A stretch of 63,741 nt of DNA, the filler included, from Octopus bimaculoides (Eukaryota): NCBI RefSeq assembly GCF_001194135.2. It is 7 parts of 5 records of this genome, joined end to end, with 100 filler letters (N's around TTAATTAATTAA, not from the genome) between each part and the next. Parts side by side here need not be neighbours in the genome. Positions count along the whole stretch, not along the records: positions 1 to 17,050 come from NC_068981.1; positions 17,151 to 34,042 come from NC_068981.1; 5 more parts are not named here. One strand, 5' to 3'. The notes under the pieces are model-generated. The model was not told where the DNA came from. It saw nothing but the letters and a program-made list of their open reading frames with translations, and made no database searches. This document shows, piece after piece, positions 11,977-25,920 of the stretch (the stretch's first letter is position 1; each line of letters begins with the position of its first letter). The position numbers were made by a program, and so were the translations under genes.

Positions 11977-13844
11977 CTTTACAACACATATTGAAAGACG
12001 TTTTTGATATGTGTATGAACCAAATAACATTTTTTTCGATGTAATTCGGCGAATATCTACTTGATATTTGTTGTAATAAATTTTCAACTTTAACACATGT
12101 AGACAACCAGTCAAGTTTATATTAAATTGATGATATTTTCCTTAGGCATTGTAGACATATTGATTGTGGTGAAGTCATTTTAATGACAAATTATTCCCGA
12201 AACGTTAGATTTTTATGTAAGATGCCTTCATTGGAATTTACATTGACTAAGTTTGTGTGTATGTGCGTGCGTGCGTGCGTGCGTGCGTGTGTGCATGTGT
12301 GTGCAGTCGTGTGCAAAATTTAAAGAGTAAAAAATTGTGCGTTTGTGAATGTACGTGTCCCTATATCTATATTAACAGCTGTTTATTAATTGTTATATGA
12401 AAAATAGTGAAAATAATATGCACGCAGTTTAAGAATACATAAATTACATTTCAATGTGAAACATATGGTTAGACACATATACATTCCCAAAGTCATGCAC
12501 ATAAACAAGATTACGATTATATGCATCATTTCTTGAGTGAAGAATTTCTAATAAAGGAGAGTGGATTTTCTAACAACAATATACGAAGCCTTTTAATACA
12601 TATAAAAAAAATGAAGCAAAGACTACGTTAATATACTCTGTGGCAGCAACAATTTATTACAAGTATTTTGATAGGCGTTCTAAGAGTGCTTAATCTAAAT
12701 ATAAAATCTGATTTTTGTTCGAATTTATGCTAGTGAACAAAATTCTTCACGCTTTTATACATAGTTCTTGCATGTACATTACATGACTCTCTCCTTATTT
12801 TTCCTAATAACTTTCAAAGGATATTTCATTACTTTTTTCAGTCACTTTGCTTCCAATTAAAACTGATGTTATAAAATATACACGTAAAAAGTATTCCTGC
12901 GGTCTGCACTTCACATACTTCAATCCAAAAATGTAAATCTTAATCTGATCTCTCCATTTGAATATGCACCAATTTCTGTTAGATTCTTACCCGTAAAAGA
13001 TATTTTATTTCAAATAAATGCTTTCATAGCAGTCTTGATTTATGTTCTCCTTCAAAGAATCTTTGGCTTACAGCTCTATCGTCTAAACTGACCTATGTTG
13101 CCGTGTTTCTTATGATGTCATTTGATGATCAAATAGAAATAGTTCCCATTATTTCATTTTCATTTTCTCTATATCACTTTTTTAGAAAGATATTGGCAAA
13201 CACTCCTTACACCATCTCCGAGTTTTCTGGCAATCTGATGAAAAGCGTATTATATTTTGTCCTCTGTTTACATAGTATCAAGTCTTACCTAATACAAAAC
13301 CTCACGATACAAACGATCTATGCAAGTTCGAATATATACGCTACCAAAAACGATGTGATCATTGCTGGTTGGCAATGGAATATGTATTAATTAATACATA
13401 TTTGCTTCCACAATCTAAACTTTTACATACACAATTTTCATTTAATTAACTATTTTAACGTAAAGAAACACTGTTAAATTTGGACTACTATAGTATATAG
13501 AACAATTTCATTTGAACACAATGGATTAAAAACACTTATAAAGAAGATAGTGGTATTCAATCCCACAAACTACAACTAGTATACAGAAGTGGATACTAAT
13601 TTATAATCCTTGAATTCAGTCGTTTCTGAGGTTGCCACTGGAGCAGTTTTTTTTGTTTTTTTTTCTTGTTTTGTGGTACTGTTTCTTGTTTCTTTTCTCT
13701 TTGGTCATGTATTCATTATTCCTAAATATGCATTACAATTATATATGTATGTGTGTATGAGTGTGTGTGCGTGTACATGTGTAGTTGACATTTACAGAAA
13801 AACAAAAGATGAAATATATANNNNNNNNNNNNNNNNNNNNNNNN

Positions 13845-13882
<38 letters not shown>

Positions 13883-13888
<6 letters not shown>

Positions 13889-14520
13889 CTGCTATCTCTA
13901 GCAGACGGGATGTCCAGTGCTGGAGATAGGCAGCAACAGCCCGAAAACAGGCTGGCCAGCTGGCTCCGTTTCTAGAAAGTAGGAGTGGTTTGTTCCCTTG
14001 CTCACAATATCTCGGATGCAGCTGTGCATCGTTAACCAACTAGAGATGTTTTCTTGGGGTTAAAAAATCAAGATCAAATCCGTTCGAACGGAGAGCTATG
14101 TTGAAGTGGCTACAAACATTACTTGTTAGTACAACTACTGCGTAGATCTCTTAGAGAGACTTCAGAACTACCATGTTTATATATATGTATATAAGCAAGC
14201 ATGCTAGTATATAAGCAAACATAGAAGTTCTAAAATCTCTCTAAGAGATTGACGCAGTAGTTGTACTAATAAGTAATATTAGTGGGCCCTTCAACATGGC
14301 TGTGCGTTCGAACGAACTTTATTGCGATTTTTGAAACCCAAGAAGATATCTCCTCTACTTGGTACGCTGCACCGAGATATTACGAGTGGGGGAAGGAACC
14401 CCTACCATCTTCCTGCGGTGGTACCAGCAGACCAGCCTAGTTAAGGGCTACTTCTCCTCAGTACTGGACACCTCGTTTGCAATAGATGCCTGCATGTCGA
14501 TTCTGCTCGCAGTATATATA
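13883..14520. repeat. ~640 bp imperfect palindrome (foldback/MITE-like)
   Basis: The arms align in reverse complement over the whole length. For example, ATTACTTGTTAGTACAACTACTGCGTAGATCTCTTAGAGAGAC matches the reverse complement of 14231-14278 at ~90%; outer arms are ~70-75%. Centre ~14190-14215. Confidence 0.85.
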
Positions 14521-15973
14521 ATTCCAAGCGACGTCCATTCGCTGATTTTCCAACAAGAAAAAATACCAGTTTTAAAATCTTTCTAAGACTTCAACGCAGT
14601 ACGATCAACAGTCATGCTTACCCGCAATTATCGGTTTACTCATATTGCAAATGTTATTTGCGTAAACATATATAAACTGATTTTATTATGACATATTTTG
14701 TTTTGCTTTAAACAATTAATGAAGTGATACAAATAATATTATTACAAGATATGATTAAATGAAACAAGATTTCGACCACCAAAAATGTACTTATTACTCT
14801 TGAGTTGTTTTCTAAGTCTTCTATATTATGGAAATCTTAGCGCATTAATTTGATGTATAATTCCCAGAATATGCTACTATCCACCCACTATTTGGCATTC
14901 TATACTACTATTGCGTGGATACCTTTGCAAGTTCTTATTTGAGCATTTGAGACGTTGAAAAATGTCATAGTGAAAGTGAACATCAATATAGTTAACATTT
15001 CACTAGGAATGGAATGACTTTCAAAACGTTGTATAATTCATGAGGTAGCTATTCCCAATATGAAAATTATGTAACATATTGTCAAGAGACTTGTCGCTTG
15101 GTCGAAATAATAGCAAGTACATAATATGTAATTTATATGTCTTCAACATGTTTGAGGCCTTCTATCTCATTTGAGAATCAGGATTATAATCGTTGTTTTC
15201 AGAAATGTTAGGAATTTCTAAGGATTTCGAAGTTTCGTTCATTTCAGATAAGTGAATAATATAATGCAAGTATATTCTAGCAAGACTTTGGGTTGATAAC
15301 TTGAAACCTATTGGTTTATATGGTTAAAATATTATTCGGGAAATTATTGATTTCTCTGAAAACTACTTTGATACTTTGATGTTTATAAAGAGCCATTAAT
15401 ATTGCATTTTTCCGTTTTAAACAAACAGCTTTCTTTAACGTCTTTGTATGATTCGTTCACCACAGATTCTGTGTAATATTCAAATTTGAGAAAAAAAAGT
15501 CATCGGTTTACCGTACTTGAAATAATGCAATGATCCCATTTAAACTATAACTGATAGTCGACAATGTGTTTCACGCAATATACTTTGAACTTTGATATTC
15601 ATTTTCTCTGCAGAATATTCAATATTTTTAATGTTGTATGATCTGCACAGTAAATAAGTAGGAAAATATGGTGAACTGAATAAGCAGAAGAACATAATAA
15701 ACGCATTTGTATGAGCGTATGTGCATGTATTTATTGTAATGTTTTATATAGTTTGTCAGTGATCGATTAATGATTTTAATATCAATGAAAATCTATCATA
15801 CTCAGAATAATCCTATATCATTCACTATACATTTTTAAATCGGTTGACTCTCTTTCTCAGTTTTGGTATATTGCAGAAACTTCAATGCACAATACTGATA
15901 CCGCAACCATGGTTTGCCATATTATGTACTCGTTTTTTTTTTTGAGAAATGTTGATGTGCAATGAGATTTTGT

Positions 15974-16013
<40 letters not shown>

Positions 16014-16983
16014 TATATATANNNNNNNNNNNNNNNNNNNNNNNNNNNNNNNNNNNNNNNNNNNNNNNNNNNNNNNNNNNNNNNNNNNNNNNNNNNNNNN
16101 NNNNNNNNNNNNNNNNNNNNNNNNNNNNNNNNNNNNNNNNNNATATATACAGATGATCATTCTATTGATCCAACGTATTACCTACTTTATATATCTGATA
16201 GGAAAGAACTGACAACATCGTGTGTCTCATATCTAAAAGTTTTACGCCATAATACAAACGTCAATTTAACTCTAATCTGGAGAGCTTAATACTTTCCACT
16301 GAGACGCATCTTGCGCACTTCCCTTATATTATACGTTGGTCCGCACTAAATAATAGTCAATCCACCCAAGAAAAATAATTGTAAATTTACCCCCAGTTAT
16401 GGGCTTAATGTGGCTGTGTAATCAGATATTTAGCTTCACATCGAAGCGACTTTTGGTTCTATCACATTTGCAGCACTAGGATCATATCTCATCGACTATA
16501 GATTGAAACTGGAGTAAAATTCGGAGGGTAAAAACAGGGTGACACACTCTAACTTTAACACACCAACTTGGCTCTTTTCACACATCAGTGAAATCCATTA
16601 TTTTTCCTCTGGGTGCCATCTGCAACCCATGCAGGCTATCGAAATGGTCGCTGGCACAGTTTCTCTCGGGCTGAAAACTAGAATACTTCGATATTGTACG
16701 CATATTTTTAATACATTTATATAATATGTTCACAGACTTACATCTTTATATGATTCTGTATACATGTTTCCATGAATAATATACTTTTTGAAACTACAAT
16801 AATGTGCATAAATATATGTCAAAATTAACTGCATTCGATTTTGCGATTGTCCAGCCTAAATATAAAAGCCTGACCATATACACATGAGATTTTGTCATTT
16901 GTTGTGTATTTACATTATTTACATTTGACGGGTATTTGTCCTCATCTTGTTTGCTGTTAAGACAACGTTTCGGCAACAAATAC

Positions 16984-17050
16984 GAAGAAGAAGAAGAAGA
17001 AGAAGAAGAAGAAGAAGAAGAAGAAGAAGAAGAAGAAGAAGAAGAAGAAG
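16984..17050. repeat. (GAA)n microsatellite running into a gap
   Basis: Direct inspection. Confidence 0.97.
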
Positions 17051-17094
17051 NNNNNNNNNNNNNNNNNNNNNNNNNNNNNNNNNNNNNNNNNNNN

Positions 17095-17106
17095 TTAATT
17101 AATTAA
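17095..17106. other. Assembly linker TTAATTAATTAA inside an N-gap (also 34087, 38829, 44737, 50042, 62199)
   Basis: The identical 12-mer is embedded between N runs six times. Confidence 0.9.
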
Positions 17107-17409
17107 NNNNNNNNNNNNNNNNNNNNNNNNNNNNNNNNNNNNNNNNNNNNCTAGTACCAATTCTATCTTCCGTTTCCTTCATGAATTATTAGTATCTCAA
17201 TTAACTCTGCGGAATTCCTGAAGCAGATCCAGCATACACATACATCCCAACCGTGAATGACACCAGGTAGCTCGAATTGTGAACGTGCTTTACTCAACAC
17301 ACTAATTCACATATACCCATTAGTCCCAAAATTACCCGCGCGTGCTCATGCACACACATATTTATGTATGTATGTATGTATGTATGTATGTATGTATATA
17401 TGTATGTAT

Positions 17410-18187
17410 CAGTGGCGACTCTGGCACTCGGGCTGTTCGGACTTGGCCGCGGTATAAATTTAGTAAAGCGAACGTGTATTTGCAAGCTGATTTAATTTCT
17501 ACCAACACTGACTTCAAGTATATAATTGCAGCCAACAACTCGGGCTCCTTTTATTGAGCCTGGTCGCAGTTCATCTATTTTCGTTCAGCGTCTGGCGGTC
17601 GTCTTAGAAGTGCCCTGTGTCAAAAAATATTATTCGTAGCAGACGTTCTCTCGACATCGTTCACATGTGTCTGACTCAGACTCAGAAATTACAGCCCGAA
17701 TTATCTATAGTCGTGAAAATTAAAAGTAATTCAAATTCAATGTTTTCTTGAAACAATAAATTTCTATAGAGATTAGTATTTAAATACCAATCTAGGAAAA
17801 GTTTCTGTTCCACAATATTCTTAAAGGAACGACAATTTATGCAGCAACTCGGGCTAATACGAACAAGCCTAGTAGATGTCAAAAAAACTATGTGGAATCT
17901 CTTGTCAAGAGTACAGGCAACAGCCAGATCGATGATGTTTGTTGTGCACTCCGCTGCCGTTATTTGATCGCTGTTATTCTGTGCGTCTGTGTGCAAAGAT
18001 CAGTTGTGTCTTGCAGGATTTCTTTACTTTAACTTAGAAATGGAGAAAGACATAATGCTACATATTAAAAAAAGCCATTTGGGACTTGAAATAGAGAGGA
18101 AAATCGTGAAATTCTTCGAGCAGGCATGTGTCTTATGCGAAATCTGTGATAAGCACGAGTGACGCTGATGACCTGGAGTCGCCTCTG
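17410..18187 (+). mobile_element. hAT-like non-autonomous DNA transposon
   Basis: Terminal inverted repeats CAGTGGCGACTCTGG (17410-17424) and CAGAGGCGACTCCAG (reverse complement of 18173-18187), 12/15 match. Flanking 8-mers GTATGTAT/ATATGTAT (7/8) fit an 8-bp TSD. Internal remnant FCASVCK..EKDIMLHIKKSH..RKIVKFF resembles a BED-type finger. Confidence 0.6.
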
Positions 18188-19080
18188 ATATGTATATACA
18201 TGGGTATATATATGTATGCAGATATATATTAATATAGTATACAGATATATACATACATATATATGCAAAAAGGTACATAGATAGATAGAGAGATAGCTGT
18301 ACATTAATATAATATACGCATTATTATGTATTTCTAAATTTTAATCTATATTAAGGTTAAACTTAAGGAATTTCGGCGGCACAGCGTGCCTGCTGATAAA
18401 AGTGAACAAATGTTTTGTTAACGCCTCTTCCACAGACAGAAAAAGATCATTTTTCGTCCTCCTCAGAAAACAGTTATCTGCCACTCCTGACTTGTTCATA
18501 TACATCTATACACCTGCATAATTTGCAGTGTTTGTGCCTGAATATCTAGATATGTTTTCATGATGGGCATGTATTCATATATATTTTTATCATGTGTGTG
18601 TGGTGGGGTGTCTGTGAAAATATATTCCTCAATGAAACATTGCATTTTAAAATAGTTCAACATCGTTCATAGATAAGAATTAATAATTAATATTTGTATT
18701 GCCCGTCATTCGCTTCAATCCATATTTTTAAGCTTATCTTAGCAGGACAAACTGGGAAAGATCATTCAACTTTTGTTGTTGGATTCCATGGCCTGTAGCA
18801 ATTGCGTGGTTTCAATCGGAAGATTAACGTAAGAAAATATATGACTTTCAAGAGTCAACATTCTCGTCAGCCTGCAGTCATTCTGTGGCCGTCTAATTGG
18901 TTTAGTCTGCCCAGTATAATGAACTAGTTTTTCAGTACAATTACTACGCAAATATATAAGTAAATCGGCTTTCTATCCAAGTTATTTTTCACATTTTGAA
19001 TTTTTGTCATATTTTTACTTTTGTTTATTTTCCTTTGTCAACGAGCACACATACACGGATAGATATGCATATAATTAAAG

Positions 19081-19162
<82 letters not shown>

Positions 19163-19258
19163 GAAAAGACATAAATAAGACAGGGGAAGGACGCATTAGA
19201 AATTCATGAGTATAAATATGTGAATGAGTGTAAAAAAGAGAGAAGGTGAGGAGGGAGG

Positions 19259-19306
<48 letters not shown>

Positions 19307-19787
19307 CAAACAGACAGACAGACAGACAGAGACAAAGAGAGAGCATATAGGCGATGTTTTTGCGTGTATACGCATATGTGCTTCAGAAGTTATTTTTGAA
19401 TACATATCAAATTTTATCTGCTCCATTGGATAAGTGTATATATTCTTTTCTTACATACCCACAGGAACACACACATATACACATATAAATATATACATAC
19501 ATACATACGTAAATACATATATACATATATGTGTGTATGAATGTATGTATGTGTGTGTGCGCGTACGCGTGTATGTGTGTTTGTGTTGTGAATATCATTA
19601 GATTTATAAACTTCAAATGAATGCTAAACTTCTTTGTTTTTTTTATATTTTGGGGGAAATGTGGATCTCAAAGTAGTAAACTATAATTAATAGTCTTCGA
19701 CTTTTTCTCCCCAAGGGGTATTTACTCAATGTTTTACGTTATTATCTATAGCTTTCTGCTTCGAGAACCACCGATCCCCAAAAGGAC

Positions 19788-19835
<48 letters not shown>

Positions 19836-19913
19836 NNNNNNNNNNNNNNNNNNNNNNNNNNNNNNNNNNNNNNNNNNNNNNNNNNNNNNNNNNNNNNNNN
19901 NNNNNNNNNNNNN

Positions 19914-19950
<37 letters not shown>

Positions 19951-20774
19951 TTACGAAAACAATGCTGAGGAGTTGGGATATGTGAAAGAACGATAGTCAT
20001 TCCTTTCTCCAACTCTACATCTCTATTCCCGTAGATCGTACACTATTCATAATTCCAAATTATTGCCTCACATAACTGATTACATTTTCAAGTATCTGTT
20101 CTTTCGTCGCTTACTACACTAACTTGACATCCTTTGGTTCAAAGAATATAATCAGTGTTTTTGTGATATAATCATGTAATAAGAAAAACTGTAGGTTGTT
20201 ATTGGACGTATATACACCTAGGTATGTGGTAATCATATTAGAAATTTTGGACATTGGGTTCATTTTGGACTTAAACATTGTTTAAAAGTTTGATGGTATA
20301 TTTTCTAGAGACATGGTAAAACTAACATTCATAATGTTGGTGTTACAGACGTTTATATAATTTGAGAGAACGGGAAACAATACTTTCCAAGCATTATTTC
20401 ACGTTCGTAGTATTTATGTATAGAAGCGTATGTAAAAATTAGCTCTCAATTTCAGTATAAACGGTAACTAAGATTTGGTTGCTATTTGTAACTTAACGAG
20501 AAGAAAATAGTGATGAAAAATACACATAAATAATCTAAAAGCTATTGATTTACATATATTTTCGCTTACGCCGGGAGGTAAGAACAGTGACCATGGCATG
20601 ACATTTACTTGTTAGATTCCCCTAGATGGTTGGACGGAGCGAAGATGTTATCCTCAAAATGGAGGTCTAGTTTGCATGTTTTCAACAGAATGGACACGGC
20701 TAAAAGCAGGCTAGGTGTTCGAGGGTAGATTAATTATCGTTTGATCGACCAGACTATAGGATGTTGTTATACAT

Positions 20775-21775
20775 CACTGGTTACAATAAGATATTAAGAA
20801 ACAACATATTTTTGTTGTCCTTGACACCATGCGTCTCATATTTGCGGAATTTATCTGCAGTTATGCTCACGCCTTGTTTAATTTAGTGTGACTATCGTTG
20901 CAAACTAGATGAGACATGTATTGTTGAACTTTTAACTGTATCTTATGAAAATTGTTATTTTGAATGTGCTCTTAATGTTTTGATTGTGAGGTCACATGGG
21001 TCAAGGTCACTTTCGTTAAGCATGTTCAGAAAACTGTAAGAATTGTAAAAAGAACTTCATGGTATGTATGCTCTTTATGGAACTTTGCCATCACAAATCT
21101 GCATTTGCTTACTTTATAACTGTTTTTTCTGAAAATGTTTTCCCAGCTGACAACTGGCTTGAATATGTTTTGTATTTCAGAAATATGGCCAGTTATGATA
21201 GAAGGGAATGTAAAAACAGTCCTGATATCTTCTGTTTATTTCTGGATTAGGCAGTGAAGCAAAATCACAGATTTTCCGAAGAAAATTTACCTTACTTCCT
21301 TACTTTAGCATGAAATTGGGTGACAAGACAAAGCTTGGGCATTCCATATAGTGCGCAAAATATGTGTTGAAACACTCACACAGTGATTGCTTCAAATACT
21401 CAAGCAGAAAGTTTCCAGCTTTGTCTTGTGAGAAAAATAAGGTTGGAGTGTTTGACGGACCACACATTAGGTGACTATCGCAGGACGAGCTATTTTTGGA
21501 GACCATATCTGGCATTGAAAAAGAAGCATGAAATGCTTTTGTTGCAGTTGTATTTGATTTCCTGAGAAACAGGAATCCATCACATTATGAAAATCTCGTG
21601 CAGACCCTGTTAACCAGTTTTCGAGCACTGGGCTGCAACATGTGTGGAAATGTACATTTCCTACACAGTCATATGGACTACTTCCCTGAAAACCATAAAG
21701 CAATAATGATGAGCAAGGAAAACGATTCCACCAAGACATCGAGAACATCGATATTCGTTACACAGGCTGCTTCTG
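20775..21775 (+). mobile_element. Chapaev3-like (CMC) DNA transposon remnant, internally deleted
   Basis: ATG at 21185: MASYDRRECKNSPDIFC..YFSMKLGD..DKAWAFHIV, then KFPALSCEKNKVGVFDGPHIR..LGCNMCGNVHFLHSHMDYFPEN..DEQGKRFHQDI. Candidate left end CACTGG at 20775. GT-AG 5' intron at 21062-21180. Confidence 0.75.
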
Positions 21776-22689
21776 TCGCTAGTAGCTAATCTAAACTTGT
21801 CGTTTTATGATAAAATGAATAACAGGTAAATATTTACATGCCACACGCGGTAGTTTTCATCATGAAGTCAAGATGCGTGTGTATATGATTCACAAAAAAG
21901 AATATGTATCTACAGAACGCCTTTATAAAATAATGCTTTTTTTAAAAACGATAGAAAGAAAATATATGATCATTTTAAGGTTAGGCCGTCTCGCTCATTG
22001 CTTTTACGATCTTTCTTAGCGCACTGTTTTTCAATGCAAAGCTACTTTTATCATTTGCGATTGTAGTCGTCGTCTATACACATTATTGTCTTTGGGATTT
22101 TAGAACAATTTAAAAAGTTTCCTGCACATTGATTCTGTCGCATTTGCAGATTCAAGCATTCAATAAATAGTTTATCATACGACATATTACATGACATTGA
22201 AAACTCTTGTACTTGTAATATGACATTTGTATTGTCTCATAGCAATTATAATTCCACAGAAGAGAAAACTCTAAAGAGTAGAAATTTGAGTTGGTAATTC
22301 AAACTATTGATAACCTCTAATAGAATCGATTAATTATTATTCAATTCTATAAGCCATTTGGGCAGTTGCATGTAGAATTTAATCATTATTCACATTGCTA
22401 CATACTCATCGTATACCTACTGCCTTCCAGCATGAATATCACACATTCTCATTAGAAATATATTTATATTACTCGATATTTGAAACTGATGTCGTTAAAA
22501 TAGGTGTATTTTATACATCAGTTAGATGTCGCATAAAATATGTTAGAACAGATTCAACATATCATACAAGTTGTCTAGAAATTCTGCGTCGTTGAAGAAA
22601 AGCTGGATAACCGTAATCACATCATGACAAGTATGATATTTCAGTATTAACGCAGAATTATTATGTAAATATTGTATCCAGATACAATG

Positions 22690-22840
22690 AATTGGCAGAA
22701 TTGGCAGAATTGGCAGAGTCGTATAATATGACTCGTGATATTCATTTCTGGTTCTTTACTTTCCCTGTTGGAATTCTGCCGAGGCTAAACTTGCTTTCAG
22801 AATTTGACTAAAGTAAATACCAGTCAAGTGCTAGAGTGTA
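22690..22840 (+). mobile_element. Degenerate tRNA-derived SINE (same family as 11760-11976)
   Basis: Head fragment GAATTGGCA x3, then GGAATTCTGCCGAGGCTAAACTTGCTTTC..AAATACCAGTCAAGTGCT. Confidence 0.5.
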
Positions 22841-23044
22841 TTCAATTTGTTTTTACATCTCAGAAATATACGGTCTTGTACTAATGCTGGAAAGTGATTT
22901 AGCTACAACCACAGGCTTTATTGTGTCTGCACACGTATGAAAGTATGTATTTGTGTATAAGTTGCTGGAATAGTGTTGTATGTTTTGTTCGATCTTTTCT
23001 TTTTGTTGCTCCCTTTAATTTGACTTTGCAAGATTTATTCCCTC

Positions 23045-24445
23045 CTGGTCAGTCACTGTCTAACTCTATTCAGTGGTATCTGGCTCATCCGCTGCACTGA
23101 AATGTCGTCTGATGATATCCTTTTCGGTACCATTTTCGAAATATTTTGAGTTTCAGCTCATGGTAGAACACAGCTTTGATGATTCTAGTCTCCTCGATAT
23201 AGATCGCTTATCTCATCCAGCGCAACTGCGAGTCCAGCTGTCTTGCAAATTAGCCCAATATAGTCATCTTGCTTGGATATTTAGGCTCACTAAGAAATGT
23301 TGATTATAGATCTTAAATAGCACAAAAAGCAGCTCATCCAGCTTTACGATATGTCGACCAACCAGTGTAGGCCTTTAATCATTACTGCGGATAATACTAC
23401 TGTTCTATACTTTGTATTTTGTTTATACCATGTTATTTTTACAATCGACAATGGGATTTTCAAAAGCGACTTCAGCTTACTCTATGCGGCGATCCATCCC
23501 CGTCTGTGTCCAGGCTGTTGCAAGCAGAAACTGTAAATCCCTAACACGTTAACTCCGTCACTCCAATTAGTTGGTCGGTGGTCCGTATTCCAGCACCCCA
23601 GATTTAGGTTAGAACGCGATCTCTATCTTCTTTACATTTATGAACAGTCTAAAAGCGCATGCCGCTGAAACGGATGCTTACTCTTTTGGATATCTCCCTG
23701 GGAATGAGCTCTACAACCAAGACATTATTTTATGAATTTTACAAATACACATATCGTGGTAATTTTCAGTGCAATTTAATCTAGATACTTTTAATAATCC
23801 ACTAATCACATTCCACATATGAAATCATTCAGAAATAATGTAAATAGCATTGGAATGAATTGGGATCCCTTTTTTAATCCATGGGTGACCAGAAAGGGCT
23901 CTGAGCTGTCACTAACAGCCAAGGAGTAGCAGACATACTGTGAAACTGCTTGATTATCTCCCAATTTTTTTCCGTACATTCGCATCTTTTGATCAGGGTA
24001 CCTAAACAATTTCTTCCCACAATACAGAAGACTTCGTAAAGCAATAAATAAAACGTAAAGGGAATATATAGGTTCTCAGATTTTTAGGTCTATTTGTCGC
24101 ACTGTGACAAGAATATAGTTGGGGCTCCTAGACATATGACATCCACTATGGATTTCAGAAAGAATTATTTTGGCTATTTGTGTGTAATCTTGTGAACATT
24201 ATTCTTGTTACGATTTTCCCTGTATATGACAGAAGGAAAGCTCCACAGTAATTTTTACAGTTCGTCTACTCTTTCGTTATAAATGGTGATTATCTGTGCA
24301 ACCTTGATTTATTAGAAGAGGTTACTGTTTTGCCAGCATTCTCTGAAGAATTGGAGAAGTCTATAGCGGAATTACTTCCCGCCATACTTTTTATAGACTT
24401 ATATGGGATACTACCAACACCAGGCGCTTTTGCTAATTTTGTCAC
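23045..24445 (-). mobile_element. RTE-clade LINE, RT to C-terminal region, decayed
   Basis: Minus-strand remnants in order: KAPGVGSIP, AQIITIY, LLSYTGKIVTRIMFTRL, SEPFLVTHGLKKGSQFIPMLFTLFLND, AFRLFINVKKIEI, QLRWM..TRIIKAVFYHEL. Confidence 0.85.
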
Positions 24446-24918
24446 ACACATATATTTGTAGGTGTGTGTGCGTGTGTCTGTGACTTTATTATATTCACTC
24501 CGGAAGTACGAAAGCAAAGTCAAAGGTAAAAACCGTAACTGAATACAGAAAGCACTTTGTCCGACGGCCGATCCACCATCACTTTCCTCTCATTAACACC
24601 ACAAAAATTTGATACCTACAAGAGAAGATTGCAAAATATACTACAGAGTATATATGTGTTTAAAATGTCCATTCAACACAGTATGAAGCCCATCAGTTAT
24701 GGGCTCCTATTAATTTTATTACCAACATGTCAAGCGTGTTTATCAGTTAATTACCCAGTTACTTAGAGATTACTTTGTATAGATGAAGCGTCTTGGCTTA
24801 TGCTAAAATAAAATCATTTCTTACGTTAATGTATTTCAGAGAATTACTTATAAGTGATATTTTCACGACTGTGTCATGGATGCCTCTGTGTGTGGTTTTA
24901 TATATGTTGCGTTTAAGT

Positions 24919-25002
<84 letters not shown>

Positions 25003-25824
25003 CGCACACAAACTGTAGCATATAACTGTGTATATTGCAATATGCTATGCTAATATGTGCCAAATTAGTTAAAAACATGAATCCACACACTCAGTAAAGC
25101 TCTGTTAGAGTCAATCAGCAAAAAATTCAACATGACTAGATTGAAGATGCAACTTAATAGTATCAACAAAACTAAGAAGATATTGTTGATATTTGTTCCA
25201 AAATAATATTGAATTTGACAGTACATTAACACCGTCTATTTTCTAGTCTTTCTTCGTTAGTTCGAATAACTTTTATTTTAGGCATTTTAAATTATCATCA
25301 GTAACGCTAAATGATATTGCAAAGGAACTACAGAAAAGGTTAGAAAATATTCTTTTAGCAATACAGGCGCCAAGTGGAAAAAATAGTTCCGTGACGTGTT
25401 TGTCCCTTAATGTACGTTATTAATTTTTCCTGAGCTAAATAAACATAGAAAAGCAAAAATATACGCATGCATTTGCATAGGTATGTTTCATTTCGTATTG
25501 GTTTTCTCTGACGTATAAAAATATTTTTTTCTTCTTAACTTGTGTTTACATAAGAGTTGGATATTGGAGTCGAAATAAATGTTATTAGTTTGGGAAACAT
25601 ATATCTGTGAGAACCCTGGAAATAAATGTCATATAGTAAAGACAGCAACGAGAAATTCCAATACAATAGAGCCTACAATCTATCTAAATATACATCTGTC
25701 TCTCTATGTCTCTTCACGATGTTTCTCTCCCTCTATCTCTACTTCTCTTCCCCACCTCTCTTTCTTTCTCTCTCTCTCGCTCCCTCTCCCCCTCTCTCTC
25801 TCTCTCTCTCCCTCTCTCTCTCTC

Positions 25825-25920
<96 letters not shown>

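Noticed and set aside
12495-12790. Possible old inverted repeat
   Set aside because: Only two short matching blocks in AT-rich DNA; not distinguishable from chance.
17095-17106. Recurrent TTAATTAATTAA 12-mer (six copies)
   Set aside because: Always embedded between N runs; it is a scaffolding linker, not biology.
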